64,000 nt of DNA from Bryobacterales bacterium. Lineage in GTDB: Bacteria > Acidobacteriota > Terriglobia > Bryobacterales > UBA6623. Below the pieces are notes generated by a model. The model saw only the letters and a program-made list of their open reading frames with translations. It was not told the DNA's origin and searched no databases. This document shows, one piece after another, positions 38,266 to 48,404 of this stretch. The position numbers and the translations under genes are program-made. How positions within the stretch are numbered: the first letter of the stretch is position 1; each line of letters opens with the position of its first letter. The stretch lies in the NCBI GenBank assembly GCA_965261065.1, contig OZ253444.1, positions 6,838,902 through 6,902,901 on the forward strand, written 5' to 3'.

Positions 38266-38642
38266 GTTGCACTGGAGCTTGTTGACACAGATTCTAGAGC
38301 AGAACTCCGTCCAGCCCCGAGCAGCTCATGTGAGGGCTGGCCCCTGCGACGGCACGCCGCCGCAACCCCACGGCACTCTTCTGGTGGCACTCTCTCCAAC
38401 CCCCCCCCCCCCGATCCCACCATTTCCCGCAAACGCACACTTTCATTACAGAAAACAAAAACATCTTAACCCACCCTTAATCAATCACTTGCCTCTCTGT
38501 GAGGGCCGAGATCCACCCACCGGCTTGCTACTGTGGAATTGAAGGAGGAGGAGACAAAAGCAAACCTTCGCACAGTGCCAGATCGTGCCACGAACCTTCA
38601 CGACCATGACCGATCCCACGAAAGCCGCATCCGTGGGGGACA

Positions 38643-38843
38643 CATCCGTGGGGGGACAGGCTACGACTTTTATGCTAACGCGTCGACAACACGAAGGTCC
38701 GGCTTACGCCCCCCACAGGGCCGTCAAGCAACTCAAGTTCAACAACGGCCTCTGGGGAGCACTCCAACTTCAACAACCGCCTGCGGCCGACGCAGATCGG
38801 CCTCGGCACGATCCAGGGTGGCACCAACAAGCTGAAGCTCGGC
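38643..38843 (+). pseudogene. RHS/YD-repeat protein relic
   Basis: AYAPHRAVKQLKFNNGLW, an extra G at about 38756, then EHSNFNNRLRPTQIGLGTIQGGTNKLKL; preceded by an imperfect 15/16-bp tandem duplication at 38628-38658. Confidence 0.55.
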
Positions 38844-38851
38844 GGTTTGGG

Positions 38852-39019
38852 GGCGGTTCGGGGATAAAGCCCGAACACCGGTTGGCAAGGTGACCTCGCG
38901 GCGCTGTTCGCTGTGGACCAGCGTTACCCAACGATTCCGCTGTGCAACATCCTCCATCGTCGGAAGCTCAGTCACAGAATCTTCATCCCACTATAATGGC
39001 TGTCAGCGAAACGACGCAC
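38852..39019 (+). repeat. 168-bp direct repeat, copy 2
   Basis: See copy 1; begins with hairpin GTTCGGG-GATAAAG-CCCGAAC; TATAAT at 38992-38997. Confidence 0.92.
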
Positions 39020-39109
39020 GACGAATGGAAACCTCGCCGATCACTACGATGTTCGGAGGGTTGCTATCGATAACCTCATCCTGTTAGAGCGGCGTTCCCC
39101 GGGAAACCA

Positions 39110-40054
39110 ATGAAACGTGCACTCCTTCTGCTCTTTCCCTTATTGGCTTGCCAGAGCGGTTTGGCCCAGGACCGTGTCGACGGGGCTAACATCTCGCTGA
39201 ACGCTCTCAAGGAGATCCGAACCGCCCTCGGCAACTTTTACCCCGTCGATCCCGAAAACCCGATCCGGCACTTGCCGTCCGAAAGTCGCGGCGAACTCAG
39301 CCTCTACTACAAGTTTCCCGAAAGTAAGACCGTCGTTGAGATCCCAAACTTCCGATCCAAGCATCACGAGGTCAGCCGGAGACGCGAAGGCAATGCTTCG
39401 ATCACGCGATACCGCATCGAGTGGATCCCCATGGCCAACCGCAAGAGGTCGTTGCCGACTTCGAGACTGACCGTTAAGGTCGGCGTCGGTGCTCCCAGAA
39501 ACCTGAGACCTGAAGAGTACCGCGGGGAAACACGCTCGCGGGACGACGCGGAACGAGAGTACCAGCAGGCATTCGCCGAAGGCTGCCGCTCGGGACGGGT
39601 TTCCCAATTCACCGTCAGTCCTGCCAGTTGGTTTCAGCAAGTCCGCGGAGAGCTGCCTGGATCGCGATCGACCTGCGATTCTTCCACCGGCAAGATCAAC
39701 CACCGCGATTGGGACTGGGGCCGGATGGCGAGTAAGTTGATCAGCTACACGGAGCTCAGGGAGTTCCGTGTTCATGGTCTGCCGGCCAAAGCAATCGTGA
39801 GGCGTGTCCGCGGCGTTCAGTGCGGTGACATCGAGAGCACCTACGGCTCGGCGGGTATCTGCGAGCCCTGGTCGGGAGAAGGCGTCAGTGCCATGACGGC
39901 TTGGATCGACCACGAGCATCCCGACTTCCAAGGGCCATTCGGATCGAAACTGCGCTTACAGGCCGTTGTCCGCGGAACCAACCCAAACGTAGCTCTGGGG
40001 AAGAATCGGGACAGCCTCAATTATGACGCTCGACTTCCCACCGTAGTGGCCTGA
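39110..40054 (+). CDS. Hypothetical secreted protein
   Basis: 314-aa ORF with signal peptide MKRALLLLFPLLACQSGLA; no family recognised. Confidence 0.7.
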   Translation: MKRALLLLFPLLACQSGLAQDRVDGANISLNALKEIRTALGNFYPVDPENPIRHLPSESRGELSLYYKFPESKTVVEIPNFRSKHHEVSRRREGNASITRYRIEWIPMANRKRSLPTSRLTVKVGVGAPRNLRPEEYRGETRSRDDAEREYQQAFAEGCRSGRVSQFTVSPASWFQQVRGELPGSRSTCDSSTGKINHRDWDWGRMASKLISYTELREFRVHGLPAKAIVRRVRGVQCGDIESTYGSAGICEPWSGEGVSAMTAWIDHEHPDFQGPFGSKLRLQAVVRGTNPNVALGKNRDSLNYDARLPTVVA

Positions 40055-40353
40055 GCCACCTCCTGTTTCCTCGGCCGGCCAACAGACCGTAGCTGAAGGT
40101 CGGTGCCCGCCTCGGTCGCCAGTTCCGCAATGAACTCTTAACTTCCCAACGGCTTACCGGCGCGGGTGGCGGCTCGTAACTGCTCCATCCAGCCCGCGTC
40201 GAAGGCCGACCCCTCGTGCAACACCCCGTCCCAATCACCCAGCGGACTGATCTCCCTCCACCGATCCAGGTCCAAGAGACCTGTGGCGTCACGTCCCGTG
40301 ACATGCGCCCGCGCACTCGACCATGCGAAGTCCGTCGCCATCGATTCTGCTCG
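40021..40353 (-). pseudogene. RAYT/IS200-like tyrosine transposase C-terminal relic
   Basis: DFAWSSARAHVTG...LRAATRAGKPLGS*EFIAEL...GRPRK, with an in-frame TAA at 40138-40140; N-terminal HUH region absent. Confidence 0.65.
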
Positions 40354-40395
40354 GGCCGTAGGTATGGATCTGGGATACTAAGTTACGAGTCCCAC

Positions 40396-41736
40396 ATGAG
40401 ACGAAGCTACGCAGGTTGGCTGGTGCGGATGCTGCTGCCGCTGGCGTGGGCCCTCGCCTGTAACGGGCAATCCCCGAAAGTCATTCAGGTTGACGTTGAA
40501 CACGTCATCCACCCGCTGACGGTCGAAATCGTCTCGCAGGCCACCGCCCAGGCAAAGGAAGAAGGCGCAGCCGCTGTGTTGATCCGCTTGAACACGCCCG
40601 GCGGTTTGCTCTCGGCTACGCAGGAGGTGATCCAAGCCATCGTTGCGTCCGAGGTGCCGGTGATCACCTACGTTGCGCCCAGCGGCGGCCGGGCGGCCTC
40701 GGCGGGCTTCATGATTTTGATCGCGGGCGACGTGGCCGCCATGGCCCCCGGTACCAACAGCGGGGCGGCGCATCCGGTGCTCATGGGCGGTGAGATGGAC
40801 GAGATCATGAAGCAGAAGGTCGAGAACGACGCGGCGGCTTCTGTTCGCGCGATGGCCGACAAGCGCGGGCGGAATCCGGAATTAGCCGAAAAAGCGGTGA
40901 TCGAGAGCAAGTCATTTACCGAGCAAGAAGCTCTCGAGGCGAAGCTCATCGATCTGGTCGCCGACAATCCCGCCGCTCTTCTCGCGGCGCTCGACGGCAA
41001 AGCCATCACGCGTTTTGACGGGGACGAAGTGACGCTGTCGCTTACCGGAGCCAGCATTACGACCTTCGAGTTGAGCTACCGGCAGACGATCCTGCTGTCG
41101 CTAATCAATCCCAATCTGGCCTTCATCCTGCTGATTTTGGGCCTGGTGGGAATCTACGTGGAATTTACGCACCCGGGGTTGATCGTACCCGGCGTGGCGG
41201 GCGGGATTTTGGTCATTCTCGGCGCCATGGCGTTGACACTGTTGCCGATCAACTGGGCGGGCGCGGCGCTGATTTTGCTCGGGCTGGCCTGTTTCATCCT
41301 CGAAGCTACCATACCCTCGGGCGGCATTCTCGCCGGGGGAGGGGTGATCGCCATGGTCTTGGGTACCGTCATGCTGGTCGACACTGAGGTTCCAGAACTC
41401 TCCATCAGTTGGACGACGGCCATCGGTGTGACCTTGCCGTTTGCGGCGATCACGGTGTTCCTGTTGCAGCTTGCGGTCAAGTCGTTTCGCTACAAAGTGG
41501 CCACCGGCTCGGAAGGGATGGTCGGCGAGACGGGTGTGGCCAAGAGCGACGTACACGACGCCGGGCGCGTGTTCGTCCACGGAGAATGGTGGAACGCCCG
41601 CTCCGATCAGCCGATCCCAGAGGGAGCGCCGATCGAGATTGTGAGCATGGACGGGTTGCTGCTCACGGTGCAAGCGAAAAACGGCGGCCACGCGCAGCCC
41701 CCCGCGACGGATGCAAGTTCGGCCGACGCCGCTTAG
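40396..41736 (+). CDS. nfeD: NfeD family membrane-bound ClpP-like protease
   Basis: LNTPGG, APSGGRAASAG, GTNSGAAHPV, TM block and C-terminal OB fold (GRVFVHGEWWNA). Confidence 0.93.
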   Translation: MRRSYAGWLVRMLLPLAWALACNGQSPKVIQVDVEHVIHPLTVEIVSQATAQAKEEGAAAVLIRLNTPGGLLSATQEVIQAIVASEVPVITYVAPSGGRAASAGFMILIAGDVAAMAPGTNSGAAHPVLMGGEMDEIMKQKVENDAAASVRAMADKRGRNPELAEKAVIESKSFTEQEALEAKLIDLVADNPAALLAALDGKAITRFDGDEVTLSLTGASITTFELSYRQTILLSLINPNLAFILLILGLVGIYVEFTHPGLIVPGVAGGILVILGAMALTLLPINWAGAALILLGLACFILEATIPSGGILAGGGVIAMVLGTVMLVDTEVPELSISWTTAIGVTLPFAAITVFLLQLAVKSFRYKVATGSEGMVGETGVAKSDVHDAGRVFVHGEWWNARSDQPIPEGAPIEIVSMDGLLLTVQAKNGGHAQPPATDASSADAA

Positions 41737-41760
41737 TAGCCCGTTGAGCAAGGGAACGCG

Positions 41761-41778
41761 GGCACGGCATGCCGTGCC
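41761..41778. repeat. REP-like palindrome
   Basis: GGCACGGCATGCCGTGCC, the core of the 29089 element. Confidence 0.65.
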
Positions 41779-41822
41779 GCAAGATCGCGAACTGACCGAC
41801 AGGCGAATCTAGGAGGACAACG

Positions 41823-42623
41823 ATGGGATTCAACGTGACTTGGCTGTTTCTGTTCATCATCATTCTGTATCTGATCAACTGCATCAAGATTCTGCCGGAG
41901 TACGAGCGGGGCGTGATCTTTCGTCTGGGACGCCTGCTCCCGAGCCCGAAGGGGCCCGGCCTGGTGCTGGTGTTCGCGCCGATCGACCGGATCGTGCGCA
42001 TCTCGCTGCGCGTCGAGACGATGGACGTGCCGCCGCAAGACGTCGTGACTCGCGACAACGTGACGGTCAAGGTCAGTGCGGTGGTCTTCTTCCGCGTGCT
42101 CGACCCGGCCAAGTCCGTCGTCGAGGTCAGCCATTACGTTCACGCGACATCGCAACTCGCGCAGACGCGGTTGCGGGCGATTCTTGGCGAGGCGGACCTC
42201 GACGAGCTGCTCAGTCAAAGGGAGAAGCTCAACGCGCGCGTGCAGGCCACGCTCGACGAGCAGACGGAGCCCTGGGGGATCAAGGTGCAGGCGGTCGAGG
42301 TCAAGAACGTCGACCTGCCCGACCAGATGATCCGCGCCATTGCGCGCCAAGCCGAAGCCGAGCGTGAGCGGCGCGCCAAGGTGATCCACGCCGAGGGCGA
42401 GATGCAGGCCGCCGGGAAGTTGACCGAAGCAGCGAAGTTGCTTGCCAGTCAGCCGACTTCGGTTACGCTACGCTACCTCCAAACCCTGAACGAAATCGGC
42501 ACCGAAAAGAACACGACCATTGTGTTCCCGTTGCCGATCGACCTGTTCCGCGGCCTCAGCCACTGGGCGGCCAAGCTGGACGACGAGACGGACACGGAGG
42601 GCGGGCCCGGATCCCCTGGATGA
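41823..42623 (+). CDS. SPFH/stomatin-like (slipin) protein
   Basis: EYERGVIFRLGR, PPQDVVTRDNVTV, AEAERERRAKVIHAEGE, LRYLQTL; follows nfeD. Confidence 0.95.
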   Translation: MGFNVTWLFLFIIILYLINCIKILPEYERGVIFRLGRLLPSPKGPGLVLVFAPIDRIVRISLRVETMDVPPQDVVTRDNVTVKVSAVVFFRVLDPAKSVVEVSHYVHATSQLAQTRLRAILGEADLDELLSQREKLNARVQATLDEQTEPWGIKVQAVEVKNVDLPDQMIRAIARQAEAERERRAKVIHAEGEMQAAGKLTEAAKLLASQPTSVTLRYLQTLNEIGTEKNTTIVFPLPIDLFRGLSHWAAKLDDETDTEGGPGSPG

Positions 42624-42680
42624 TCCTCGATGATTCCGCGGGTGAAACTCAAAACAAAATCAGGGTAAGATGTTAAGCAT

Positions 42681-43307
42681 ATGCCTCCCCGAGAAGAGGA
42701 AGAGTTCGAACTAGTACTCGGGAACAAGCAGCTCCTGAGTCTGTTTTTCGTTGTCGTCGTCCTGTTTGCGATCTTCTTCTCTTTCGGCTACACCGTCGGG
42801 TTTGGCCGAGGCCAGCACGACCGCGTGGCCACGATCGCAGAGGCGGACACGGTTTCCAAGGAGTCCGAGGGTGTTCGGATTCCCGACGCGTTGCTCGAAG
42901 ACGCCCCTAAGGAGCCGGTTACCGCTCCACAGGGGGCGGCGCCCGCGCCGGCCAGGGTGCGCAATGAGCCGGCACCCGCGCGCAGCGTTCGACCCGAGCC
43001 GGAGACGAGACCTAAACCACCGCCCACCGCTTCGCGGCCGAAACCGCGACCGGCGGCGGCCGGCGGTACGGGCGCGGCTGTTGCCCGGTCGATTCACATC
43101 CAGGTGGCGGCCATGCGGGTTCGCGCCGATGCCCAGATGCTGGTCAGTAAACTGCGGGCCAAGAAGTATCCCGTGGCGCTCTATGACCAGGCGGGTGACG
43201 GCTGGCATCGTGTGGTGATCGGGCCGTTTCCCAATGACGCATCGGCTAAGGCGTCACAGAAGAAACTCGCCGCCGACGGGTACAAGACGATCCTGCGGCG
43301 TCCGTAG
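42681..43307 (+). CDS. SPOR domain-containing bitopic protein
   Basis: EFELVLGNKQLLSLFFVVV TM, Pro-rich linker, IQVAAM...WHRVVIGPF SPOR domain. Confidence 0.88.
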   Translation: MPPREEEEFELVLGNKQLLSLFFVVVVLFAIFFSFGYTVGFGRGQHDRVATIAEADTVSKESEGVRIPDALLEDAPKEPVTAPQGAAPAPARVRNEPAPARSVRPEPETRPKPPPTASRPKPRPAAAGGTGAAVARSIHIQVAAMRVRADAQMLVSKLRAKKYPVALYDQAGDGWHRVVIGPFPNDASAKASQKKLAADGYKTILRRP

Positions 43308-43399
43308 CCGGAGGTGATCGCGCTGGCGGAGCCGCGCCCGGTGCGGGCGTGGGCCGCTGGGTTGACTCCCGCGGCTCTGGCCGTTTTACTGTTGCATAC

Positions 43400-44362
43400 A
43401 TGCTGTCTCCGACCGACCCGCTGGTCTGGATTCAACCCCTCGCAGAGCCATACCCGGACGCACGCCCGTACTTGCGCCTACCCCCATGGCTCCGCAAGGG
43501 CCACACCAACTTCCCCGCGCTGCACGATCTAAAGGTCGAGTTGCGGAAGCGGAACCTCCACACCGTTTGTGAGTCGGCGCGCTGCCCCAACATCCACGAG
43601 TGCTTCAGCCGCAAGGCGGCAACGTTCATGATCCTGGGCAACATCTGCACGCGCCGCTGCGGGTTTTGCGCCGTGCCGCAGGGTTTGCCCGAAGCGCTCG
43701 ATCGAGACGAGCCTCGAAATGTCGCCGAGATGGCCGCGCGGATGGATCTGCGCTACGTGGTCATCACCAGCGTCAACCGCGACGACCTGGCTGATGGAGG
43801 CTCGGCCCATTTCGCGGAGACGGTACGCCAGGTACGCCGGGCCCTGCCGGCGGCACGGGTAGAAGTGCTGACGCCTGACTTCCTGGGCGATCACCACGCC
43901 GTCGCGCGTGTGCTCGATGCGCGCCCTGACGTCTTCAACCACAACATGGAAACCGTGGCGCGGCTTTACCGGCGCGTACGGCCGCAGGCGAACTACCGGC
44001 AATCGCTTGACGTGCTGGCCTTCGCGCGGCGGCACACGCCGAGCGTTCTGAGCAAGTCGGGCCTCATGGTCGGCTTGGGCGAAACGGCCGCCGAGGTCGA
44101 GCAACTGCTGCGCGATCTGCGCGATGCCGACACCGACGTTGCGACGATCGGCCAGTACTTGCAGCCGACCCGGAGGCGCTTGCCCGTGGAGGAGTATATT
44201 CGGCCGGAGGTCTTCGACAGTTATCGTGCCTATGGCGAGTCGATCGGCTTCAAGTCGGTCTTCAGCGGCCCGTTGGTTCGCAGCTCCTACATGGCCGACG
44301 AAGTCAACGAGGACGCCGCCGGCCGCAATACTCCAGGCAGCGCCGCCGGAGCGGTCACTTGA
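43400..44362 (+). CDS. lipA: Lipoyl synthase
   Basis: CESARCPNIHEC (CX4CX5C), CTRRCGFC (radical SAM) and RSSY. Confidence 0.96.
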   Translation: MLSPTDPLVWIQPLAEPYPDARPYLRLPPWLRKGHTNFPALHDLKVELRKRNLHTVCESARCPNIHECFSRKAATFMILGNICTRRCGFCAVPQGLPEALDRDEPRNVAEMAARMDLRYVVITSVNRDDLADGGSAHFAETVRQVRRALPAARVEVLTPDFLGDHHAVARVLDARPDVFNHNMETVARLYRRVRPQANYRQSLDVLAFARRHTPSVLSKSGLMVGLGETAAEVEQLLRDLRDADTDVATIGQYLQPTRRRLPVEEYIRPEVFDSYRAYGESIGFKSVFSGPLVRSSYMADEVNEDAAGRNTPGSAAGAVT

Positions 44363-45873
44363 GATTTCGGGGGGCCCTGCCCTCCTATCTCCTCGCTGCC
44401 GCTGCCGGGATACTGCAAGTCCTGACCTTCCCCCGCTTTGGATTTTCATTTTTGGCCGCGGTCGCCGTGGCGCCGCTCCTCGTGGCGGTCGCGACCGAAC
44501 CGTGTTGGCGAAGGAGATTTCTGCTCGGCTGGCTTGCCGGCGTGATCTTTTGGGGAGGAACCTGCTACTGGATCTACGATGCGATGCACCGCTACGCCCA
44601 CTTGCCTGCCGTGGCGGCGGTGGCGATATTCGGCGGTTTTTTCATCGTCAAAGGGCTCCACCTGGGGGCGTTTTCATTGATCGCCGCTCCCCTGATGAGA
44701 CGTTGGTGGGCGGTGCCGGCGGTGGCGGCGGCGTGGGTCGCGGTGGAAGGCAGTCACCAGTACTTGGCGTTCACGTGGCTTCAGTTGGGTAACGCCGGCA
44801 TTGATTTGCCGTTGGTGACCCGAGCCGCGCCCTTCACGGGCGTGTACGGTGTTTCGTTTCTGCTTGCGATGGTGAATGTCGCGCTAGCGATGCTCGTGTT
44901 GCGGCGGCGAGCAGTCCGTGAGTTGGCCTGGCTTATTGTTCTGCCCGGCGTTCTGTTGTTGCCGCCGCTACCGGCCGAGGCTGAGGGGCAGGAAACGGCG
45001 CGGCTCGTACAGCCGAACTTCCACCCCGACGAGATCATCGAGTACGGCTGGGACCCGATTCGTCAAGCTGCGCATTGGCAAACCATGGAGGTGCTCTCGA
45101 CTACCGCCGCGGAGGCGATTGACCCCTCACCGCCGGCGCTCGTCATTTGGCCCGAGTACCCGGCGCCGAGCTTCTACTCGCGCGATGAGCGCTTCCGCAG
45201 CTACGTCGAAGGGATGGCTCGCAAGCTCGGCACGCCGCTGATTCTGAACTCGGTCGAGTACCTGCCGTCGAATGGCCGTCGGCCGCTCAACAGCGCGATC
45301 ACGCTGGACTCGCGCGGCGAGTTCGTCTCGCGTTACAGCAAGATCTTTCGGGTGCCATTTGGGGAGTTCGTGCCTTGGCCGTTTTCGCTGTTCATCGAGA
45401 AGATTACGCTCGACGTGGGCGACTTCCTGGCGGGGGAGGAAGTGGTGGTGAGCCGGCTCGACGGGCACGCCGTGGGTACGTTCATATGCTACGAGTCGGT
45501 CTTCGCGCGCGGCGTGCGGCGGTTCACAGCCGGCGGCGCGGAGGTGCTCGTCAACATCTCGAACGACAGTTGGTACGGGCGCACCGCGGCACGTCACCAG
45601 CACCTGTTGATCGCGCGGATGCGGGCGGTCGAGAACGCCCGATGGCTGTTGCGTGCAACGAACGACGGCATCACGTCGGTGATCGATCCGGCGGGACGGG
45701 TGACGGCGTCGCTGCCATCGTTCGAGCAGAGTGTGTTGGTGGCCAAGTTTGATTACGTCGAACGGGTTACCGGGTTTGTGCGGTTTGGTGAGTGGTTTTG
45801 GTGGTTGACGTTGGTCGCCACGTTGGCATTGGTTTTGGTTGTCGTTGGGCGGGGCGGTAAGGAGGCAGTGTAA
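44359..45873 (+). CDS. lnt: Apolipoprotein N-acyltransferase
   Basis: TM N-terminus; IWPE, K..VPFGE, FICYESVF, ISNDSWYG. Confidence 0.95.
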   Translation: MRFRGALPSYLLAAAAGILQVLTFPRFGFSFLAAVAVAPLLVAVATEPCWRRRFLLGWLAGVIFWGGTCYWIYDAMHRYAHLPAVAAVAIFGGFFIVKGLHLGAFSLIAAPLMRRWWAVPAVAAAWVAVEGSHQYLAFTWLQLGNAGIDLPLVTRAAPFTGVYGVSFLLAMVNVALAMLVLRRRAVRELAWLIVLPGVLLLPPLPAEAEGQETARLVQPNFHPDEIIEYGWDPIRQAAHWQTMEVLSTTAAEAIDPSPPALVIWPEYPAPSFYSRDERFRSYVEGMARKLGTPLILNSVEYLPSNGRRPLNSAITLDSRGEFVSRYSKIFRVPFGEFVPWPFSLFIEKITLDVGDFLAGEEVVVSRLDGHAVGTFICYESVFARGVRRFTAGGAEVLVNISNDSWYGRTAARHQHLLIARMRAVENARWLLRATNDGITSVIDPAGRVTASLPSFEQSVLVAKFDYVERVTGFVRFGEWFWWLTLVATLALVLVVVGRGGKEAV

Positions 45874-46071
45874 CTTCTCCTACGCCGCCACGGCGGCCAC
45901 GGGTTGCGTAACAACAACCTCTTTCGCTGTAGCATCTCAACGCGGGCTCACGCCCTCGGCTCCGAGTGGCGGGCCCAACCGAGCGGTTTTCGCGGGCCGA
46001 CGGCAAGTGGGCCGCCAGCCCCACCGGGCTCGGGTTTTCCGCGGACAGCTCGCTGCGCTAAAGTCAAGTGA

Positions 46072-48252
46072 ATGCGCCGCTTCCCGCTGTGGCTGGTCCT
46101 GTTGGGGGTTGCCCCCGGCGTAGTCCTGCCTGTGTCGGCGCAGTTCGACGCCACGAAGCCGTTTGACGTTTGGGCGTTGCAGCGCATCGCGCGGGTTTCC
46201 GACCCGCAACTCTCGCCCGACGGCTCGACACTGGCCTTCGTCGTCGAGCGCGTCCTGCTGTCGGTCAACCGCAAAGAGAAGCACATCTACACCGTGCCGC
46301 TCGAGGGGGGCGCGCCGAGCCAACTCACCTACGACGGCAAGTCGAATCATCGTCCGCGCTGGTCGCCGGATTCGACTCACATTGCGTTTGTCTCCGACCG
46401 CTCGGACTCGTCGCAGATCTGGATCATGGAGGCGGACGGCAGTCGTCCGCGGCAGGTCACCGATCTGGCGACCGAGGCCGGCGGAGTGCTGTTTGCGCCC
46501 GACGGGCAGCACTTGCTCTTCACGAGCCGCATCGTGCCGGAGTGCGGCGATGATTGGGAATGCAATGAGCGCGTACTCGAGGAGCGCGAGCAAGACCCGG
46601 TCAAGGCGCGAACGTACGACCGCCTGCTCTATCGCCGCTGGGACCACTGGGACGACGGCCGCCAGGGGCATCTGTTCCTGATTGATCTCGAAGGCGGAGC
46701 GCCGCGCGACCTTACACCCGGCACCCACGACATTCCGCCTTTCTCTTTGGGTGGCCCCGACGCGTATGACATCTCGCCCGACGGCCAGGAAGTTTGTTTC
46801 GCCATGGCGGTCGGCGAGGACTCGGCGACCAGCACCAACCTCGATCTTTTCGTTGTCTCGATCGAGGGCGGCGCCCCGGTGCCGATCGTGAGCGGTCCGG
46901 CGGCGGAGACCTCGCCGCGGTACTCGCCCGACGGCCAGTCGATCGCGTTTCGCGGGCAGCTACGTCCCGGTTACGAGTCGGACCGCTACCGCTTGATGGT
47001 CTACAGCCGGCCGGCATCGGAGATCGCGAATCTCACCGAGACCTTCGATCGCTGGGTCTCGGAAGTCGCGTGGTCGCCCGACTCGTCGCGTCTCTTCTTC
47101 ACCGCCGAAGATCGCGGCGGCGGGCCGATCTTTACCGTTCCGGCAGGCGGCGGCGGCCTGAAGTCGGTGGTGTTCGGTGACGCTCACCACGGGGATATTA
47201 AACTCACGCCCGATGGCCGCTCGATCGTATACAGCGTCCAGAGCGCCTCGCATCCGACGGAGGTTTTTCGCGGCTTCGCTTCCGGCGGGCCAGCCGTTCC
47301 TCTGACGCGCCTCAACGATGACCTGATGAGCGAGTACGCGATTGATTCACCGGAAGAGATTTCCTACGAGAGCATTGACGGCACGACGATTCACGGATTT
47401 CTCGTCAAGCCGCCTGGGTTCGACTTCGAGCGCAAGTACCCGTTGCTGCTGCTGATCCACGGCGGGCCGCAGGGGGCCTGGGGACAGAAGTGGAGCTACC
47501 GCTGGAACCCGCAGGTCTTCGCCGGGGCGGGTTACGTCGTGTTCATGCCGAACCCGCGCGGCTCGACCGGCTACGGCCAAACGTTGACCGACGCCATCAA
47601 CGGCGACTGGGGCGGGCTGGTCTACGAAGACATCATGGCGGGGATGGACTACGTGCTGCGGCGGCCGTACGTCGATTCCGGGAAGCTGACGGCGGCGGGG
47701 GCGTCGTATGGCGGGTACATGATTAACTGGATGCTCGGCCGCACCGACCGCTTCCGCGCGTTCGTCTCGCACGCGGGGGTGTACGACCTGGCGAGCATGT
47801 TCGGGTCGACGGAAGAGCTGTGGTTCCCGATCTGGGAATTCAACGGCACACCTTGGGAGAACCCGGAGATGTATCAGCGTTGGTCGCCGAGCCAGTTTGC
47901 CAATCGGTTCAAGACGCCGACGCTGGTGATTCACGGTGAGAAGGACTATCGCGTGCCAGTGACGCAGGCGATGCAGCTTTTCACGGCGCTGCAATTGCGC
48001 AAGGTGCCGTCAAAGTTTCTCCACTTCCCCGACGAGGGGCATTGGATTCTCAGGCCGCGCAACAGCGTTCATTGGTATCAGAGCGTGATCTCGTGGCTCG
48101 ACGAGTGGATCGCGCGGCCGCATCGGCCGGTGGAACCGCCCATCTACCGCCGCGATATGGAACGGGAGGAGACGCCCCCGGCAGACGGCGGTCCCACGGC
48201 CGCAACCGACCGTGGAAACGATGTGGGTGCGGCGCGCGGCGCGCGGCCGTAG
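46072..48252 (+). CDS. S9 family peptidase (prolyl oligopeptidase/DPP type)
   Basis: Signal peptide, PD40 propeller, IHGGP, GASYGG, GEKDYRVP, PDEGH. Confidence 0.95.
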   Translation: MRRFPLWLVLLGVAPGVVLPVSAQFDATKPFDVWALQRIARVSDPQLSPDGSTLAFVVERVLLSVNRKEKHIYTVPLEGGAPSQLTYDGKSNHRPRWSPDSTHIAFVSDRSDSSQIWIMEADGSRPRQVTDLATEAGGVLFAPDGQHLLFTSRIVPECGDDWECNERVLEEREQDPVKARTYDRLLYRRWDHWDDGRQGHLFLIDLEGGAPRDLTPGTHDIPPFSLGGPDAYDISPDGQEVCFAMAVGEDSATSTNLDLFVVSIEGGAPVPIVSGPAAETSPRYSPDGQSIAFRGQLRPGYESDRYRLMVYSRPASEIANLTETFDRWVSEVAWSPDSSRLFFTAEDRGGGPIFTVPAGGGGLKSVVFGDAHHGDIKLTPDGRSIVYSVQSASHPTEVFRGFASGGPAVPLTRLNDDLMSEYAIDSPEEISYESIDGTTIHGFLVKPPGFDFERKYPLLLLIHGGPQGAWGQKWSYRWNPQVFAGAGYVVFMPNPRGSTGYGQTLTDAINGDWGGLVYEDIMAGMDYVLRRPYVDSGKLTAAGASYGGYMINWMLGRTDRFRAFVSHAGVYDLASMFGSTEELWFPIWEFNGTPWENPEMYQRWSPSQFANRFKTPTLVIHGEKDYRVPVTQAMQLFTALQLRKVPSKFLHFPDEGHWILRPRNSVHWYQSVISWLDEWIARPHRPVEPPIYRRDMEREETPPADGGPTAATDRGNDVGAARGARP

Positions 48253-48404
48253 GCGCGGATCGCAAGAAGAGCTTCCGATACCGCGTCCAGCCCTTACTCC
48301 TTCGCCCGCACCGTTCCTGTCGTGGGTCTCGCTTGGCAGATCCGCGGCTTCCGGGCGGCGGCCTCCAGCCGGCTCGCAGCGGCCTGGACTACACTGTCAG
48401 GGCC

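Noticed and set aside
38400-38412. C13 tract as a phase-variation switch
   Set aside because: It lies in decayed intergenic DNA with no linked intact ORF or clear promoter spacer; it may also be a sequencing artefact.
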